Source of the DNA: an uncultured Candidatus Binatia bacterium
Lineage (GTDB): Bacteria; Desulfobacterota; Binatia; Bin18
NCBI GenBank assembly: GCA_958296235.1
Contig: OY282457.1
Coordinates: 1,985,684-2,049,683, forward strand
Reading direction: 5' to 3'
DNA: 64,000 bases
Below, piece after piece: positions 39,011-52,048 of this stretch. Under the pieces are notes generated by a model that ran no database searches, was not told the origin of the DNA, and saw only the letters and a list, made by a program, of their open reading frames with translations. The stretch's first letter is position 1. Every line of letters begins with the position of its first letter. The translations under genes were made by a program, and so were the position numbers.

Positions 39011-39240
39011 ACTGACAACTAGCAACTGCCATAGCGGTTGGCAATTCTGGCGGCCACAGCTATAGAGCTACGAAGGTATGCAGTGTACGAGTTGCGGCTT
39101 TGCAAATCAGACGGGGATGAAGTGGGGCGTGTCCGCGCCCATTCCCGTCTATCGCATTGTGGAGGAACGCGAGGCCCGTCATCCCCTGGAGGGAACCGTC
39201 CAGACCGGCCTGACGCCGCTGACCGGACGGGAGCAGGAGT

Positions 39241-39292
39241 GGGGGCCTGGATTCCTGCTTCCGCAGGAATGACAGGTGGCTACACAGCATCG
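39241..39292. repeat. 'GGAATGAC' hairpin repeat, copy B
   Basis: Identical to copy A over ~50 bp. Confidence 0.8.
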
Positions 39293-39406
39293 TAAAACGT
39301 ACTAAGCCGGCAGGGCGCAAAGGGCCGTGACCGCCCCGCCCAGACAACGAAGGCCCTGAAACCCTCGTCTTGACCCGCCGGCAACACCTGCGCTAAGCCG
39401 ACCAAG

Positions 39407-40552
39407 GTGGCTCAGAAACCCACATATGACCGCGCGACAACAAACCAGCTCATCCACAGCATGGGGGTGAAGTTCCGTAAAGAAATCCTCCAGCCGGTCG
39501 GCCCCACCCCAACCCGTCTGCCGGTCAACCAGGCTTTTTCCCTTGCGGCCACCCATCTTTTCTGGACGCTTCCGGGGCAGGTGCGACGTTTTTCTTCTCG
39601 GGCCACCCCGCAGGCCATTGCTCAGCGGAGCCGGCGGCTTGACACCAGCGTCTCTCCGTTGGCCATCTGGATGTTTGGTTATTCCTTTCTGGTTGGGCGA
39701 GAGATACTGCTTGATTTCGGGGTCATCAAAGCAACCGACTACGCCGAGGATATCGGACTGGTCTTAGACTGCTGGAATCGATCCGCAACCGCGGCGCGAG
39801 CCGACGGACATACGGATAACAGCGAGGCCGGCGGGGCAAATCCCTATCTCCCCAGCGCAACCGTTCGGCAACTGTCCGCCGCGCTTATTCCGGTTGATGC
39901 CGAACTGCGACGAGTGACCAGTCAATTCCTCTCCGCGCTTGAGTCCTACACCTTTATTGTAAATGCTGAGGCCCATCTTGGGACCGTTGATTCCGGCCCC
40001 TACCCGCTGAGTACGAATCGCGTTCTTATCGTGCGTCACTTTTTTGACCTGACCGGGCGGTGGTATGCGTGGCATGAGCGCGTGGGCGGTTTTCCCTACC
40101 CGGCCTGCGCCCTGGCTTTTACCCTCAACCCGGAGGAGTTTCGGACTATCGAGTTCAGCGACCGCGCCGCCCTGCTTACCGCACCCAGGAATTATCGAGA
40201 GCGCATCCAGGAACTCGTTCTGGTCAGGCTCGACCGTACCCGCCCCCGTCCACTTCCCTTTACCGATCTGGACCGTCTCACTCGGGCCGCAAAAAAAACA
40301 GAGCCGCGCGTCCTCTCCTGGTTTCAAGCGCAAGCGCCCCATGCAACCACCCTCCATTGCGCGCACCCCTGGGCCGTCAGACCAGCCGCGGTGGTAGTGC
40401 CTTCGGAGTACTGTTTTGCCTGGCAGCCGGCCCCAGCCGCGCTTGAGCTCCTATCCCAATACGCTCGGGACGACGCCCTGGCCGCCCGCTGGGCTCTGGA
40501 GCGCTGTTTGGCGCCAGGTCGTTCATCCGCCTTTGTCCCTTTAGACGGCTAA
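39407..40552 (+). CDS. Hypothetical 381-aa protein adjacent to the leader-distal end of the CRISPR array
   Basis: GTG start at 39407 with a weak RBS. Long ORF with protein-like composition. No recognisable domain and no Cas1/Cas2/Cas4 motifs. Confidence 0.45.
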   Translation: MAQKPTYDRATTNQLIHSMGVKFRKEILQPVGPTPTRLPVNQAFSLAATHLFWTLPGQVRRFSSRATPQAIAQRSRRLDTSVSPLAIWMFGYSFLVGREILLDFGVIKATDYAEDIGLVLDCWNRSATAARADGHTDNSEAGGANPYLPSATVRQLSAALIPVDAELRRVTSQFLSALESYTFIVNAEAHLGTVDSGPYPLSTNRVLIVRHFFDLTGRWYAWHERVGGFPYPACALAFTLNPEEFRTIEFSDRAALLTAPRNYRERIQELVLVRLDRTRPRPLPFTDLDRLTRAAKKTEPRVLSWFQAQAPHATTLHCAHPWAVRPAAVVVPSEYCFAWQPAPAALELLSQYARDDALAARWALERCLAPGRSSAFVPLDG

Positions 40553-40560
40553 CCTTCAGA

Positions 40561-40640
40561 CCCCCTGGGAGCGCGGGCTTCCAGCCCGCAAGAAAGAGCC
40601 ACCCTGGGAGCGCGGGCTTCCAGCCCGCAAGAAAGGATGA
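40561..40640. repeat. Tandem pair of REP-like palindromic units (ccctgggagcgcgggcttccagcccgcaagaaag x2), possible bidirectional terminator
   Basis: Two ~37-bp units, each with the hairpin gcgggc-ttcca-gcccgc. It is the reverse complement of the element at 6413-6450. Confidence 0.7.
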
Positions 40641-41337
40641 GCTTCAATGAGGCCCAGGCATCACCACCTGGGAGATTCCATGAAATTTCATTGCGAGTGT
40701 TCCTGCGGATGTATGCTTCAATGAGGCCCAGGCATCACCACCTGGGAGATTCCCATCCAGTCGCCTTCTGCCTGGAAATAGTGGGTGTTACTTCAATGAG
40801 GCCCAGGTATCACCGCCTGGGAGATTCCATAAGCCACATACCTTCGTGGGTCTCGGGCGGATTGCTTCAATGAGGCCCAGGTATCACCGCCTGGGAGATT
40901 CGGAGCGGAGAATCTCGCTCTGCAAGAGATCATGTAGCTTCAATGAGGCCCAGGTATCACCACCTGGGAGATTCCGCCGAACCATGAGACGGACTTATCG
41001 CCAGCATCCCAGCTTCAATGAGGCCCAGGCATCACCACCTGGGAGATTCGGGTTTCGCCTCGCCGACATAGCGAACAGTTATGCTTCAATGAGGCCCAGG
41101 CATCACCACCTGGGAGATTCAGGAGAAACGCCATGGACTGGCAGCGTGTTCTGATGCTTCAATGAGGCCCAGGCATCACCACCTGGGAGATTCGCCGGGC
41201 GGATTGGATTTCGGGGGAGTCGTTGGGGCTTCAATGAGGCCCAGGCATCACCACCTGGGAGATTCTTATGTGCACTGGCGGTGCGAGCGCGATATGGAAG
41301 CTTCAATGAGGCCCAGGCATCACCACCTGGGAGATTC
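40641..41337 (-). CRISPR. CRISPR array with 10 repeats and 9 spacers, transcribed on the minus strand with the leader at 41338-41808
   Basis: The 37/38-bp repeat GCTTCAATGAGGCCCAGGCATCACCACCTGGGAGATTC starts at 40641, 40715, 40790, 40864, 40937, 41012, 41083, 41156, 41228 and 41300. Spacers are 33-37 bp and unique. The reverse complement ends ..CATTGAAGC, the typical 3' handle of type I repeats. Repeats 3-5 carry variants (C>T, A>G). Confidence 0.9.
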
Positions 41338-41639
41338 TCCCCCACGCCCAATCCGTTGTTTTGGCTGGGGGTTTTTCCTCGTTTGCGCGGGTTGGCTGTT
41401 TTCTGGCTGGGATACGCCTGACAGCCTTTCTGCCTCAACGAGAAAATCGTTATGTTTCGGCAGGATAGAAGCAACGCGGTCCTCCCCGGCTCTGTGCCCT
41501 CGCTTCCGATCCGCGCTGAGTTTGTTTCCATCCTTACCGGCCCGTTATGACCAGACATCACGCCCTCCCGTTCTCTGTGTGGAACGGCTCGTATCATCTC
41601 TTCTATGTAGCTGTCAAAGAACGGAAAAAGCGGGGAGCG

Positions 41640-41765
41640 GTTCAGTTTCACCTCTCCCTCCCCTGCTGCCGGCTCAACGCCCCCCCACCCTGACCCTCCC
41701 CTCAGAGGGGGGAGGGAATAGCTGCTCCCTCTCCCCTGGAGGGAGAGGGTTGGGGAGAGGGGGCA
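41640..41765. repeat. GC-run hairpin repeats in the CRISPR leader / csb2 3' flank
   Basis: ccctcccctcagaggggggaggg and ccctctcccctggagggagaggg are the same family as 6186-6272 and 55487-55527. Confidence 0.7.
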
Positions 41766-41808
41766 AATACCAAAAATCAGCTGCGAGCGCTGCCAGTGAT
41801 AGCGTCCG

Positions 41809-43986
41809 TCAGCCTGCCGCGCCAAAGAGGCCGCCGCCCCGGTGGCTGTCGCGGCCCAACATCACCGGTCCGTCAACCGCAGTCGCAAAACGAAGACAGA
41901 GGCGTGCCGCTACCCCTCCCCCCTTTGGCCCGCTCTTCAGGTCCAACACTTCGACTTCCGGTCTTGGGATGCCTCGCCGGCCGCACTCAAGAATCACATC
42001 TTGCGTAACGGCAGCCACCGTGTCCTTGCCGCGCTGCGTATGCCGCGTTGGGCGATAGGGCGTTCTGCTTTCCCATAGCCTCGACGGCCCGATAAGGACA
42101 TCGCCGGGGGCAGGTTGCACTGCGGATGACAATGCAACCACGCCGAGCCGACCCGCCCGCACGCGCTCAAGCGAAGAGACAACCCCCTCAAAGTACGCGC
42201 GGTCCGTCCGCTTCGGAGCCTGTTGAGCGCGATCAACCGCCCAGGGCGCGGCCACGATCAAACGGTCAATGCGCCCATCCCCGTCAGTATCATCCGTGGC
42301 AAGAAAAACATGCTCATGCCTACCCGACCCCGCCGGGGCTCCATCAGGCTCGTGCCCGGAAAAAAGCCGAGGCACGCGCTCCTGCCTGTCTTTTGCCAGT
42401 GCCATCAACGCCCGGCGAACCGCGCGTAACAGGGAGGGGGCGTCTGTCATGGCAATACTGGTCTCAGGCGCGACCGAGAACAGCAGCGCGCCGGGCGCGA
42501 CCTCCTTTTGCGGGGCCATCAGACCCAGGCCAAGATAGCGTCCATTCCCAATGACGAGAGGACCATGCACGGCTTGCGCAAACGTCATCTCCACATGATG
42601 CAGGCCACGCGCCGCAAAGCGCCTTGGCATGGCGAACCCTTCCGCCCGCGAGCCGTTGCGGTCGAACGGCTCGCGTTGGACGCGGATGGACGCTACCCGC
42701 GTTGCCACGCCGGCATGACGCAACGCCTGCATAACAGCGTGGGCCGTCTTCGCCTCGTTTGCCACCCGCCCGGCCCCGGTAGTTCCGTGTCCTGCCCGCA
42801 TGGCCGGCAGAGCAGCGGGGGTGACGGTACGCCAGACGCGGAAGCCATCCTGTTCCCTGCTGTCGATGCCATAGTGGTCAAGCATTCCCCGACCTTCGGC
42901 CCGAACGAGGCTCCACGGTTCCACCGTTGCCGAGCCGGTGTTTTCAAGGCCGGAAAACGCCCAAGCGATATCGTCGGCCCGTAAAGGGCAGTTCGGCGGG
43001 ATTTCGACGAGAACACGGCGAATCTCTTGATCCGCATGGATGTGGCCGATGGAGGGGAGCGGCAGAATCCGCACGCGGGCGGCCTTGTCGGCTTCTGTTG
43101 CCTGACGGCCAATGAACACTCGGTCAATCTTCCCGGCTTCTTCGGGGAGCGCCTCTTTCAGCCTCCTCGCGGCCTTGTCCCGCACATTGAGGACGAGTTC
43201 CGTCACCCGTTCGGACGGCCACGGCACAAAAGACTCGTCGGACATGGCCGTCCGTATCTCGAATAGAAAGCGGTGTGGCGGCGTGGCATATGCAACCCTG
43301 GCGAAGCGGGGCTTTGGCGATTGAGAGAAAAGCTGCTGTGGCTTTTTGCCCTCTTGAATCCAGGTGAAACGAGACCGGCCCGCGGCGAACCGCCTTTCAA
43401 GACTGGCGAGTGATCCTTTCTGCGGACACGGGAGAGCCTTGCCGGTATTACCCTCACTCGGACGATGCACCACGCCCCGGTGGCACGCAAGGCGTTGCTC
43501 AATCTCGCTTTCGTCCAGAAGTTCTCCCCAAGCCCACGCCATATCAACGCCCCGCCCAAACTGGTACAAGCGCTCCGCCATCTTACAGATGGTTTGAGCG
43601 TGTTTCTCGTCATACGCATGGTCGTCCGATGTCCAGATAAACAGCAGCGGGATTTTTGCGTCAAAAATATACGGACGAGTAACCTTGGGGGGGGCGGTAC
43701 GAATCTCGCCAATTCGTCTTGGATCGCCGTCGACCGCATCGAGGTCATTATTCGGCACATAGTTTTTGCAGGGTTCGCCTCTGCGAACGGCTGGCGCGGC
43801 AATCACCGGCGCTCCAAGCGTCTCCAGCCATTTCAGCGCGGACCTGTCCTCATCCGCCAGCGTTGCGCCCCTGGCGGCCCCAGCGACCAGCGCCTGAAAC
43901 AGCCGGGCAGGCGCAGGCGGCCAATCCCCAGCCCCGTGATACCGTCCGTCGTGGAAGCGAACCGAGAGAAGCAGAGCGCGTGTCAT
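41809..43986 (-). CDS. csb2: Type I-G CRISPR-associated Csb2 (Cas5u-Cas6u fusion)
   Basis: N-terminal MTRALLLSVRFHDGRYHGAGDWPPAPARLFQALVAG is the Csb2 family signature. The C-terminal Gly-rich RAMP loop is GRDSHRGGGLFGAAG. Confidence 0.8.
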   Translation of the reverse strand: MTRALLLSVRFHDGRYHGAGDWPPAPARLFQALVAGAARGATLADEDRSALKWLETLGAPVIAAPAVRRGEPCKNYVPNNDLDAVDGDPRRIGEIRTAPPKVTRPYIFDAKIPLLFIWTSDDHAYDEKHAQTICKMAERLYQFGRGVDMAWAWGELLDESEIEQRLACHRGVVHRPSEGNTGKALPCPQKGSLASLERRFAAGRSRFTWIQEGKKPQQLFSQSPKPRFARVAYATPPHRFLFEIRTAMSDESFVPWPSERVTELVLNVRDKAARRLKEALPEEAGKIDRVFIGRQATEADKAARVRILPLPSIGHIHADQEIRRVLVEIPPNCPLRADDIAWAFSGLENTGSATVEPWSLVRAEGRGMLDHYGIDSREQDGFRVWRTVTPAALPAMRAGHGTTGAGRVANEAKTAHAVMQALRHAGVATRVASIRVQREPFDRNGSRAEGFAMPRRFAARGLHHVEMTFAQAVHGPLVIGNGRYLGLGLMAPQKEVAPGALLFSVAPETSIAMTDAPSLLRAVRRALMALAKDRQERVPRLFSGHEPDGAPAGSGRHEHVFLATDDTDGDGRIDRLIVAAPWAVDRAQQAPKRTDRAYFEGVVSSLERVRAGRLGVVALSSAVQPAPGDVLIGPSRLWESRTPYRPTRHTQRGKDTVAAVTQDVILECGRRGIPRPEVEVLDLKSGPKGGGVAARLCLRFATAVDGPVMLGRDSHRGGGLFGAAG

Positions 43987-44025
43987 GGTTCAACTCAAGA
44001 AGCTGTGGATTTTTTGTCGGCTTTT

Positions 44026-45972
<1,947 letters not shown>

Positions 45973-45973
<1 letters not shown>

Positions 45974-48723
45974 CAGACCTTCTCCCCCGTCTCCGTGTCG
46001 CGATTGTCGTTATCGCGCGAAGCCTGTTGGTCTGCCGCACGCAACAGCGCTTCCCACCACGCCAGCCCCCACGCTCCCCAGCGCTTTTGAAGTCGCGCAA
46101 AACGTAACGCGATGTCGCGGGCGCGCCTTTCCGAAACGGAGGGCGACTCGTCGCTGCCACTTGTGGAAATGACGGGCCGCGCCCAACCGTGATGGGCCGC
46201 GACCAGATGCAGAGCGAGTTCCTGAAGGTAAGCGGGCAAGGCTCTGAGCCCCCCATCCTTCTCGGCATAGGGCAGCGAGCCAAATTCATGGCGGTAGCCG
46301 TCAAGCAGCCTGGTATTCATCCGCCTGTCTGTCTTGGCGTAGATTTTTTCTCCAGGTGGAACTTTGGCGGCCTGCTGCCAGCGTAGGAGCCGCTTGCCCT
46401 CGTCGTGGAGTCGGGCCGCGGTGGCGAGCATGTCGGCATAATCAGCCGGTAAACCGATTTCCTCGGCCAGGGCGCGGGCCTTACATTCGGTCCAGGCGTG
46501 ATGCTCGGCCAGTTCTTGCAGATGTCCGACGGAGCGGTCGTCCTCTGTCTCTGCGTCGTGACGCCATTTTTCAACAAGCAGAAAACCTTGCACTTCCCCT
46601 TCGGCTGATTGCGCTGCGGTGAAACGATACCGCTCCCGCCAATCTCCGTTCGATTCGGGGCTTGCTTCTCCAGAGCCGGAACGGACGCGAAATCGAATGA
46701 CGGGCTTACCGTCTTGCGGAGGCAACCATTCCTTGCCGTCGTCAATCACCTGCGGCGAATGGTCAGCCTTCTCATCAAGTATGCCATCTTCTTCGCTAAG
46801 GCCACCGAAACGAACATCTACCACCAACGTAACGCCGGGAAGCATCTCTTTTAACTTTTTCTTGTTATCCGAGGAATCCTCAAGGTCATGTCCTTTCAAA
46901 GTATGGCGATAATCTCGTGCCGGAGACAGGGCGTAGGCGACAACCTCTTCCTGCTTTAGCAGCGAAGCATTTTCAGAAGCGCCATCTGAAAATTCGGCTT
47001 GGTCGGTCGCCTTACGCTTAGAGGCGAACAACTGTTTTGCGCGTTTCACAAACCAGTCAACCACTTTGGAGGTCTCGGTTTCGAGTTTCTCACTGACATG
47101 GGGCGGCGCTGCTTCAAAGAATGCTTCAATCTCCTTCTGCGTTGTTTCACCATCATCTGTACGTACTGGCAGGTGTTTGCGCCAGATAATCGTAGTTTGC
47201 GGCTGTGGGTCTTCCTCCCATCCACGCAACCAGGGCTGGATATCGTCAGGGCGGCCTGTGTGTTCGTCCAGCGAGGTCATTGACCACGCATCGACAAGCG
47301 CGCGGGTCAGCGCCGGACGTAGCGGGGCGGGCGTCGTGGCCGCCTCAATCGCTTTTTGCAGTTCCGCATCATTTTCTGCGCGTTCTTTCAGTTCCAGGAT
47401 TGCGCCGGGGCTGGCGTCTCGTTCACTCCCCGAATCGACACCGCGAAGCCTGTCCAACGGGTTGCGGAGACGAGACAAACGTTCGTTCCAGCGCTCTTCC
47501 CATTCTTTGACCTTGTTCGGGGGTCTCTTGGGCTTGTCTGTGTCGGGCGCAGCGATGACCTTAATGTAAGCGTCTCCCTTACCGCGCCGATTCACGCGGC
47601 CAAGCCGCTGTACCATGCGTTCCCACTCAACCAGGTCGCAGACCATGTGATCGGCGTCCAGATCGACACCCACTTCGCCCGCTGAGGTTGCAATGAGAAA
47701 GGTCGGCTGCTCGGGCTTTCCCTGGGCCTCGCCCAGGAAACCGTGCTTCTTCAACCATTCAGCAAGAGCTTCACGCTCGAATACGCGCCGACCGCCGACC
47801 AGAAGTTCGGAGACAGGTTTGCATTTCGCCTTCTCGAATTTATTGTCGATTTCCTCCTTCACGTTCGCGGCGTGGTCTCGGCGGTGGCAATAGACGATGA
47901 CGCGGGCAGGCCCCTGTTCTGCGAGTGTCCGGGCTCTCTCCGCAAGTTTCGCCGCGAGTTTTTTTCTGTCGTCAAGCGTCTCGACTGTAAGGCGCTTGCG
48001 GGCAGAAAGACGTTCTCCGACTACCTCGTCTTTTCGGTCTTCAGGAGAAAGCCGAAATATCTTGCCCGCTTCATCGTTGCGCCCGGTAGCTGACAGGGAA
48101 AGAAGCCGGAAGCGTGGCACAATTTTGCGCTCCTCTTCTGCGCGCGGTCCCATCGAGTCTGACCCGCCTTCGACAGCCCTCAGAAGCTTCTCGAACGGCG
48201 GAACCAGATGCGCCTCATCAAGCACGACCAGCGTGTCCGCTCCGAGCAAACCGGCGTGATAGGGACGCATCTTGCGCGATACACCGTAACCCGAGAACAA
48301 CAGCCGCGAGCCGATCATGTCCACGGTGCCGACAACGATGGCCGGCGTAGCCGGGTCGGCCAGCCATTCCCTGTTGTCCACATGCTGGCCGCGTAGCGTG
48401 CTCACGCGCAATGCGGGGTCTTGCGCCCTTTCCCGGATGTCGTCGGCGACGGTCGTTGCCTGATCGACCACCGCTCGTCTATCGACCACATAAACCAGAC
48501 GCCTGGGTAGTATCGCTCCGGTCTCCGAGGCTCCGGCAATGCGAGCCAAATACCAGATAACCATAACGGAGGTCTTGCCGAGGCCCGTTGGAATATCCAG
48601 CGCGGCAGGGATACAGCCCTTGGCAAAATAATCGTGAAAGAGACGCTGTTGCCAACAAAATGGCGAGTTGCCGGTCAGCGCTTTGAATCGAGCGTGAAAG
48701 TTACAAGAAGTCCCGGAATTCAT
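45973..48723 (-). CDS. cas3: Cas3 helicase-nuclease, I-G architecture (N-terminal SF2 helicase, C-terminal HD)
   Basis: DEAD/H helicase motifs (TGLGKTS, VLDEAH) and C-terminal HD motifs (LAEHHAWTE, AARLHDEGK, LVAAHHGWARP); 916 aa. Confidence 0.85.
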
Positions 48724-48724
48724 T

Positions 48725-48934
48725 TTACGCGTCGTTTTTATCCGTGAGGATTGTACGTGCGACCTCGTCGACTTCCTTCTTGCTTTGCCGCAGCAAGTTT
48801 ATTTCGTATGGTGTCAACATCCGGGGGGCGGGTGAGATACCGAGCCTCCGATTGAGTAAGGCAATCGAAGGAGTGCCCGAAATGTTCCTGCCACCATTCT
48901 TCAAAGTCCGATCCGTGTCGTTGTCGGAGTTCAT
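48725..48934 (-). CDS. Small ORF (69 aa) translationally coupled to the cas3 start
   Basis: RBS aaaggag 7 nt before the ATG. Its TAA stop lies 1 nt before the cas3 ATG. No family recognised. Confidence 0.3.
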   Translation of the reverse strand: MNSDNDTDRTLKNGGRNISGTPSIALLNRRLGISPAPRMLTPYEINLLRQSKKEVDEVARTILTDKNDA

Positions 48935-49187
48935 AGAGCTGCTCCTTTGATGGGCTCAGTTTAGGGATATGTCACGGCCCTTTCCATATTGAAATGGTGT
49001 AAAAATCTGCTCGGCCAGAAGATATATCACTTCATAACGGAGCCGAACTGAGGGGGAAAGACCGGAGAAAACGAGTATTCTTGTGTAGCTCAGGTATCAG
49101 CTGACCTCCCCTCCCCACTCTTCCCTCACCCCTCGCCACTGTATAAGTTTCGCCATGAGCCAGTGACAGAGGCGAAAAGAGGCCCAG

Positions 49188-50081
49188 GTGCTCCCATCGT
49201 TATTCACAGCAGACTACTTGTCTCGACTGGAAACCCTACGCATTCAGACCAGACGCCGCTTTCTGGGCAGCCGTCCCGGTGGCCATGTTTCGCTGCGCCG
49301 TGGGGCGGGGCTCGAATTTGCGGATTATCGCCGCTACTCCCCCGGCGATGACCTGCGCTATATTGACTGGAATCTGTACGGTCGGACCGACCGTCTCTAT
49401 ATTAAACAATTCCAGGAAGAAGAAGACCTCTATACCTCACTCTTCCTGGATGGGAGCGCTTCTATGGCCTACCCCGCTCAAGACGGAAAGTCCGAAGCCG
49501 CTCGGGATATTATCCTGTCGCTTGCCCATGTTGTTCTGGCCAGTAACGATGCCGTCAAACTCTCTCTCCTGGGCGCGGATACCACCCCATCAACAACGCC
49601 GTTCCTGCGTGGCCGCCAGCGGTTGGGCGCTGTTGCGGAATTTCTTGATACTTACAGCCCGGCGGGTCGGGCCAATGTCGTTCAATCGCTGGCGCAACAG
49701 TTGCAGCAGTCCCGCCATCCGGGCAAGGCGGTGTGGGTTTCTGATTTTTTATTTCCTCTGCCCGATGTCCGCACCGGATTGAGTCTGCTGCGCGATGCAA
49801 ACTTTGACCTGGCGCTTATTCAGATTCTCGGCCAGGAGGAAGTTGACCCGCCGCTCTTTCCGGGCGGGGCCCGACTGACGGACAGTGAAAGCGGGGAGGA
49901 AAGCGTGGTCTACTTCGACACGCAGGCCAAACAGACCTATATGCAGCGCTTGGACCGACACAATCGAGAAATCCAGAGTTCCTGCCATCAGGCTGGTGTT
50001 CACTATGCCCGTTTTATTACCCGGCAAGACCTGCCCCACTTTGTCTTACGCGAGCTACCGGAGCTGGGGCTGCTGATATAG
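49188..50081 (+). CDS. DUF58 protein (MoxR-associated, vWA-like)
   Basis: GxGxEF...R.Y.PGDDLRYIDW motif of DUF58, with a GTG start. Confidence 0.7.
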   Translation: MLPSLFTADYLSRLETLRIQTRRRFLGSRPGGHVSLRRGAGLEFADYRRYSPGDDLRYIDWNLYGRTDRLYIKQFQEEEDLYTSLFLDGSASMAYPAQDGKSEAARDIILSLAHVVLASNDAVKLSLLGADTTPSTTPFLRGRQRLGAVAEFLDTYSPAGRANVVQSLAQQLQQSRHPGKAVWVSDFLFPLPDVRTGLSLLRDANFDLALIQILGQEEVDPPLFPGGARLTDSESGEESVVYFDTQAKQTYMQRLDRHNREIQSSCHQAGVHYARFITRQDLPHFVLRELPELGLLI

Positions 50082-50111
50082 GCGAGCGCCCTCGACCTCA
50101 GGCTGAGTCTC

Positions 50112-52046
50112 ATGCAGTTCAGTTTTCTCTCCCCCGCGGCTTTTTCCCTCCTGCTTGCGCTTCCCTTGCTGCTTGTGCCGTATTTGCTGCGGCAGCGATA
50201 TCAACGCCGGGTCGTTCCGGCCCTCTTTCTCTATCAGGATATTTCTTCTCCGGTGCGGCGACGCCTGTGGGGCCGAATCCGGCTGTCTCCGCTCTTTTTG
50301 CTCCAGCTCCTCATCCTCCTGTTATTGGTTGCCATCGCCGCCCGTCCGGTCTTGCGATACGACACCGCTGGAAAAATTGCGCTCGTACTCGACACCTCGG
50401 CCAGTATGCAGGCGCGCGACCCTTCAGGTCAGGGCTCAGTTTTTGAGGCGGCAAAAGAAAAAATTCAACAAGAACTGGCAAATATCCCGGCCGAGCGCCC
50501 CATCAGTATCTTTACGACTAATCCTCTTGGAGCGGTTCCCAAAGACCTGCTTGAAGCTGATACTGGAACGCCCCTCACAGCCGGTTCTGATACGCGGGCC
50601 ATTTTGGAGCGGATTCGTGCCAGCGATGCGCCCGACCCGAACGCTGCAACGCTCTCGGCCTTCTTGGCCCGGCTCTTGCGCGCTCGCGATTTTGAGCGTG
50701 TCTTGTTTGTGACCGACCGCCCTGTTACGCCGCTCCCTGGCGAGCAGCCGCCCCCCCCCGCCCTCCGCACGGTGACGCTGGACTCTGCCCAGCCCAATAT
50801 CGGGATCAGCACATTTCGCTTGTACCGGAGCCCGTTTTTCCCAGACGAGATTCACGCCACGGTCGGCATACACGCCGCCCAAGACGCCCTCTCCCCGTTG
50901 CCTCTGAGGCAGGTTGTCATCGAAGACGGCCAGACCCAGCAGCGTTTCGCCGCGCAACCGCTCGGACAGCCGGCCCCGCAGAGCTTCTCCTTTTCCCGGC
51001 TCCCGCTGGCGACGAGCTACCGAGCCCGGCTTCTTTTTGGCGAGGGGGAGGGAGAAGGCCAGGACAAAGATGGACTGGCCGTTGATAACGAAGCCTACGC
51101 CGTTCTGCCGCCCCTTGAAGAGATCGCGGTCTTACTCGTCAGCCCAACGCCTGAGGTCGGGGACAGTCTTGGACAGATACCAAATATCAAATTGACGCTG
51201 ATGACCCCCCAGGACTATGACCCCGCTGCGGTCACGCCCGCCTCCGCGTTCAGGTGTATCCTCTTTCACCTGACCGCCCCTGAAGTACTGCCCCCGACGC
51301 CGGCGGCCTTTTTTCTGCCGCCGGACGATAATCCGCTCTTCCCTTTGGGACAGAGCGCCCAGCAACCCGCGCTTACCCATTGGACCCACGGCCATCCCCT
51401 GACCTCGTATGTGACCTTTCCCTTGCTCACCCCGGCCTATGCCCAGGCCCTCCATCCCTCTGGGTGGAATACGCCCATCATCGAGAGTACGGTCGGCCCG
51501 CTGCTGCTGGCCGGAGAGCGGGCCGGAAGGCGCTACGTTGTAACGGGATTCGACCTCTTGCCGTACCTGGGAAGGCGCAACCTGCCGGCATCCATTTTGA
51601 CCCTGAATATTTTAGGCTGGCTCGCGGATGAGGCTTCGCAATCCGTTCCCTATAAAACAGGGGCAGCGCTCGGCCCGCAGTCCCACCTGGCCGGGACAGC
51701 GGACTTGCCGCGGCATGTTCGGTTTCCTCAGAGCACGCATTTTCAACCCGTTGAACAAGCCCTCTCCCTGGACCGGCAGGGGGTGTATACTTTTCGTGAA
51801 AATGGCCGGGAACGTCTTGTGGCCGTCAATCTCCTGAGCCCGGAAGAGACTGACCTGGGCAGACCGCTCTCCCTCGTGTTTGAAGCGCCGGTCGGACAGC
51901 CCCACGTCCCGCAGTCCCAGACCGGCCTCGCGAGCCGAACACACGAGCAACCTGTCTGGCCGTGGCTCTTGCTGGCCGTGTTCGTCCTGTGCAGTCTGGA
52001 GTGGTGGTGGGTCGCTCGAACGGATAAGGCCCGAGAACAGGACTGA
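50112..52046 (+). CDS. BatA-like membrane protein (aerotolerance-operon N-terminal double-TM domain + vWA)
   Basis: N-terminal two TM helices with LLVPYLLRQRYQRR, then the vWA MIDAS motif LVLDTSASM. Confidence 0.6.
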   Translation: MQFSFLSPAAFSLLLALPLLLVPYLLRQRYQRRVVPALFLYQDISSPVRRRLWGRIRLSPLFLLQLLILLLLVAIAARPVLRYDTAGKIALVLDTSASMQARDPSGQGSVFEAAKEKIQQELANIPAERPISIFTTNPLGAVPKDLLEADTGTPLTAGSDTRAILERIRASDAPDPNAATLSAFLARLLRARDFERVLFVTDRPVTPLPGEQPPPPALRTVTLDSAQPNIGISTFRLYRSPFFPDEIHATVGIHAAQDALSPLPLRQVVIEDGQTQQRFAAQPLGQPAPQSFSFSRLPLATSYRARLLFGEGEGEGQDKDGLAVDNEAYAVLPPLEEIAVLLVSPTPEVGDSLGQIPNIKLTLMTPQDYDPAAVTPASAFRCILFHLTAPEVLPPTPAAFFLPPDDNPLFPLGQSAQQPALTHWTHGHPLTSYVTFPLLTPAYAQALHPSGWNTPIIESTVGPLLLAGERAGRRYVVTGFDLLPYLGRRNLPASILTLNILGWLADEASQSVPYKTGAALGPQSHLAGTADLPRHVRFPQSTHFQPVEQALSLDRQGVYTFRENGRERLVAVNLLSPEETDLGRPLSLVFEAPVGQPHVPQSQTGLASRTHEQPVWPWLLLAVFVLCSLEWWWVARTDKAREQD

Positions 52047-52048
52047 GG

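Noticed and set aside
40561-40640. Extending the CRISPR array through the upstream tandem units
   Set aside because: Different sequence, no spacers, and the units are directly abutting. They were treated as REP-like elements instead.
41103-42058. ORFs 41103..41825(-) and 41162..42058(+) overlapping the array and leader
   Set aside because: They are generated by periodic CRISPR repeats and GC palindromes (MRPRHHHLGDS... repeats) and are artefactual.
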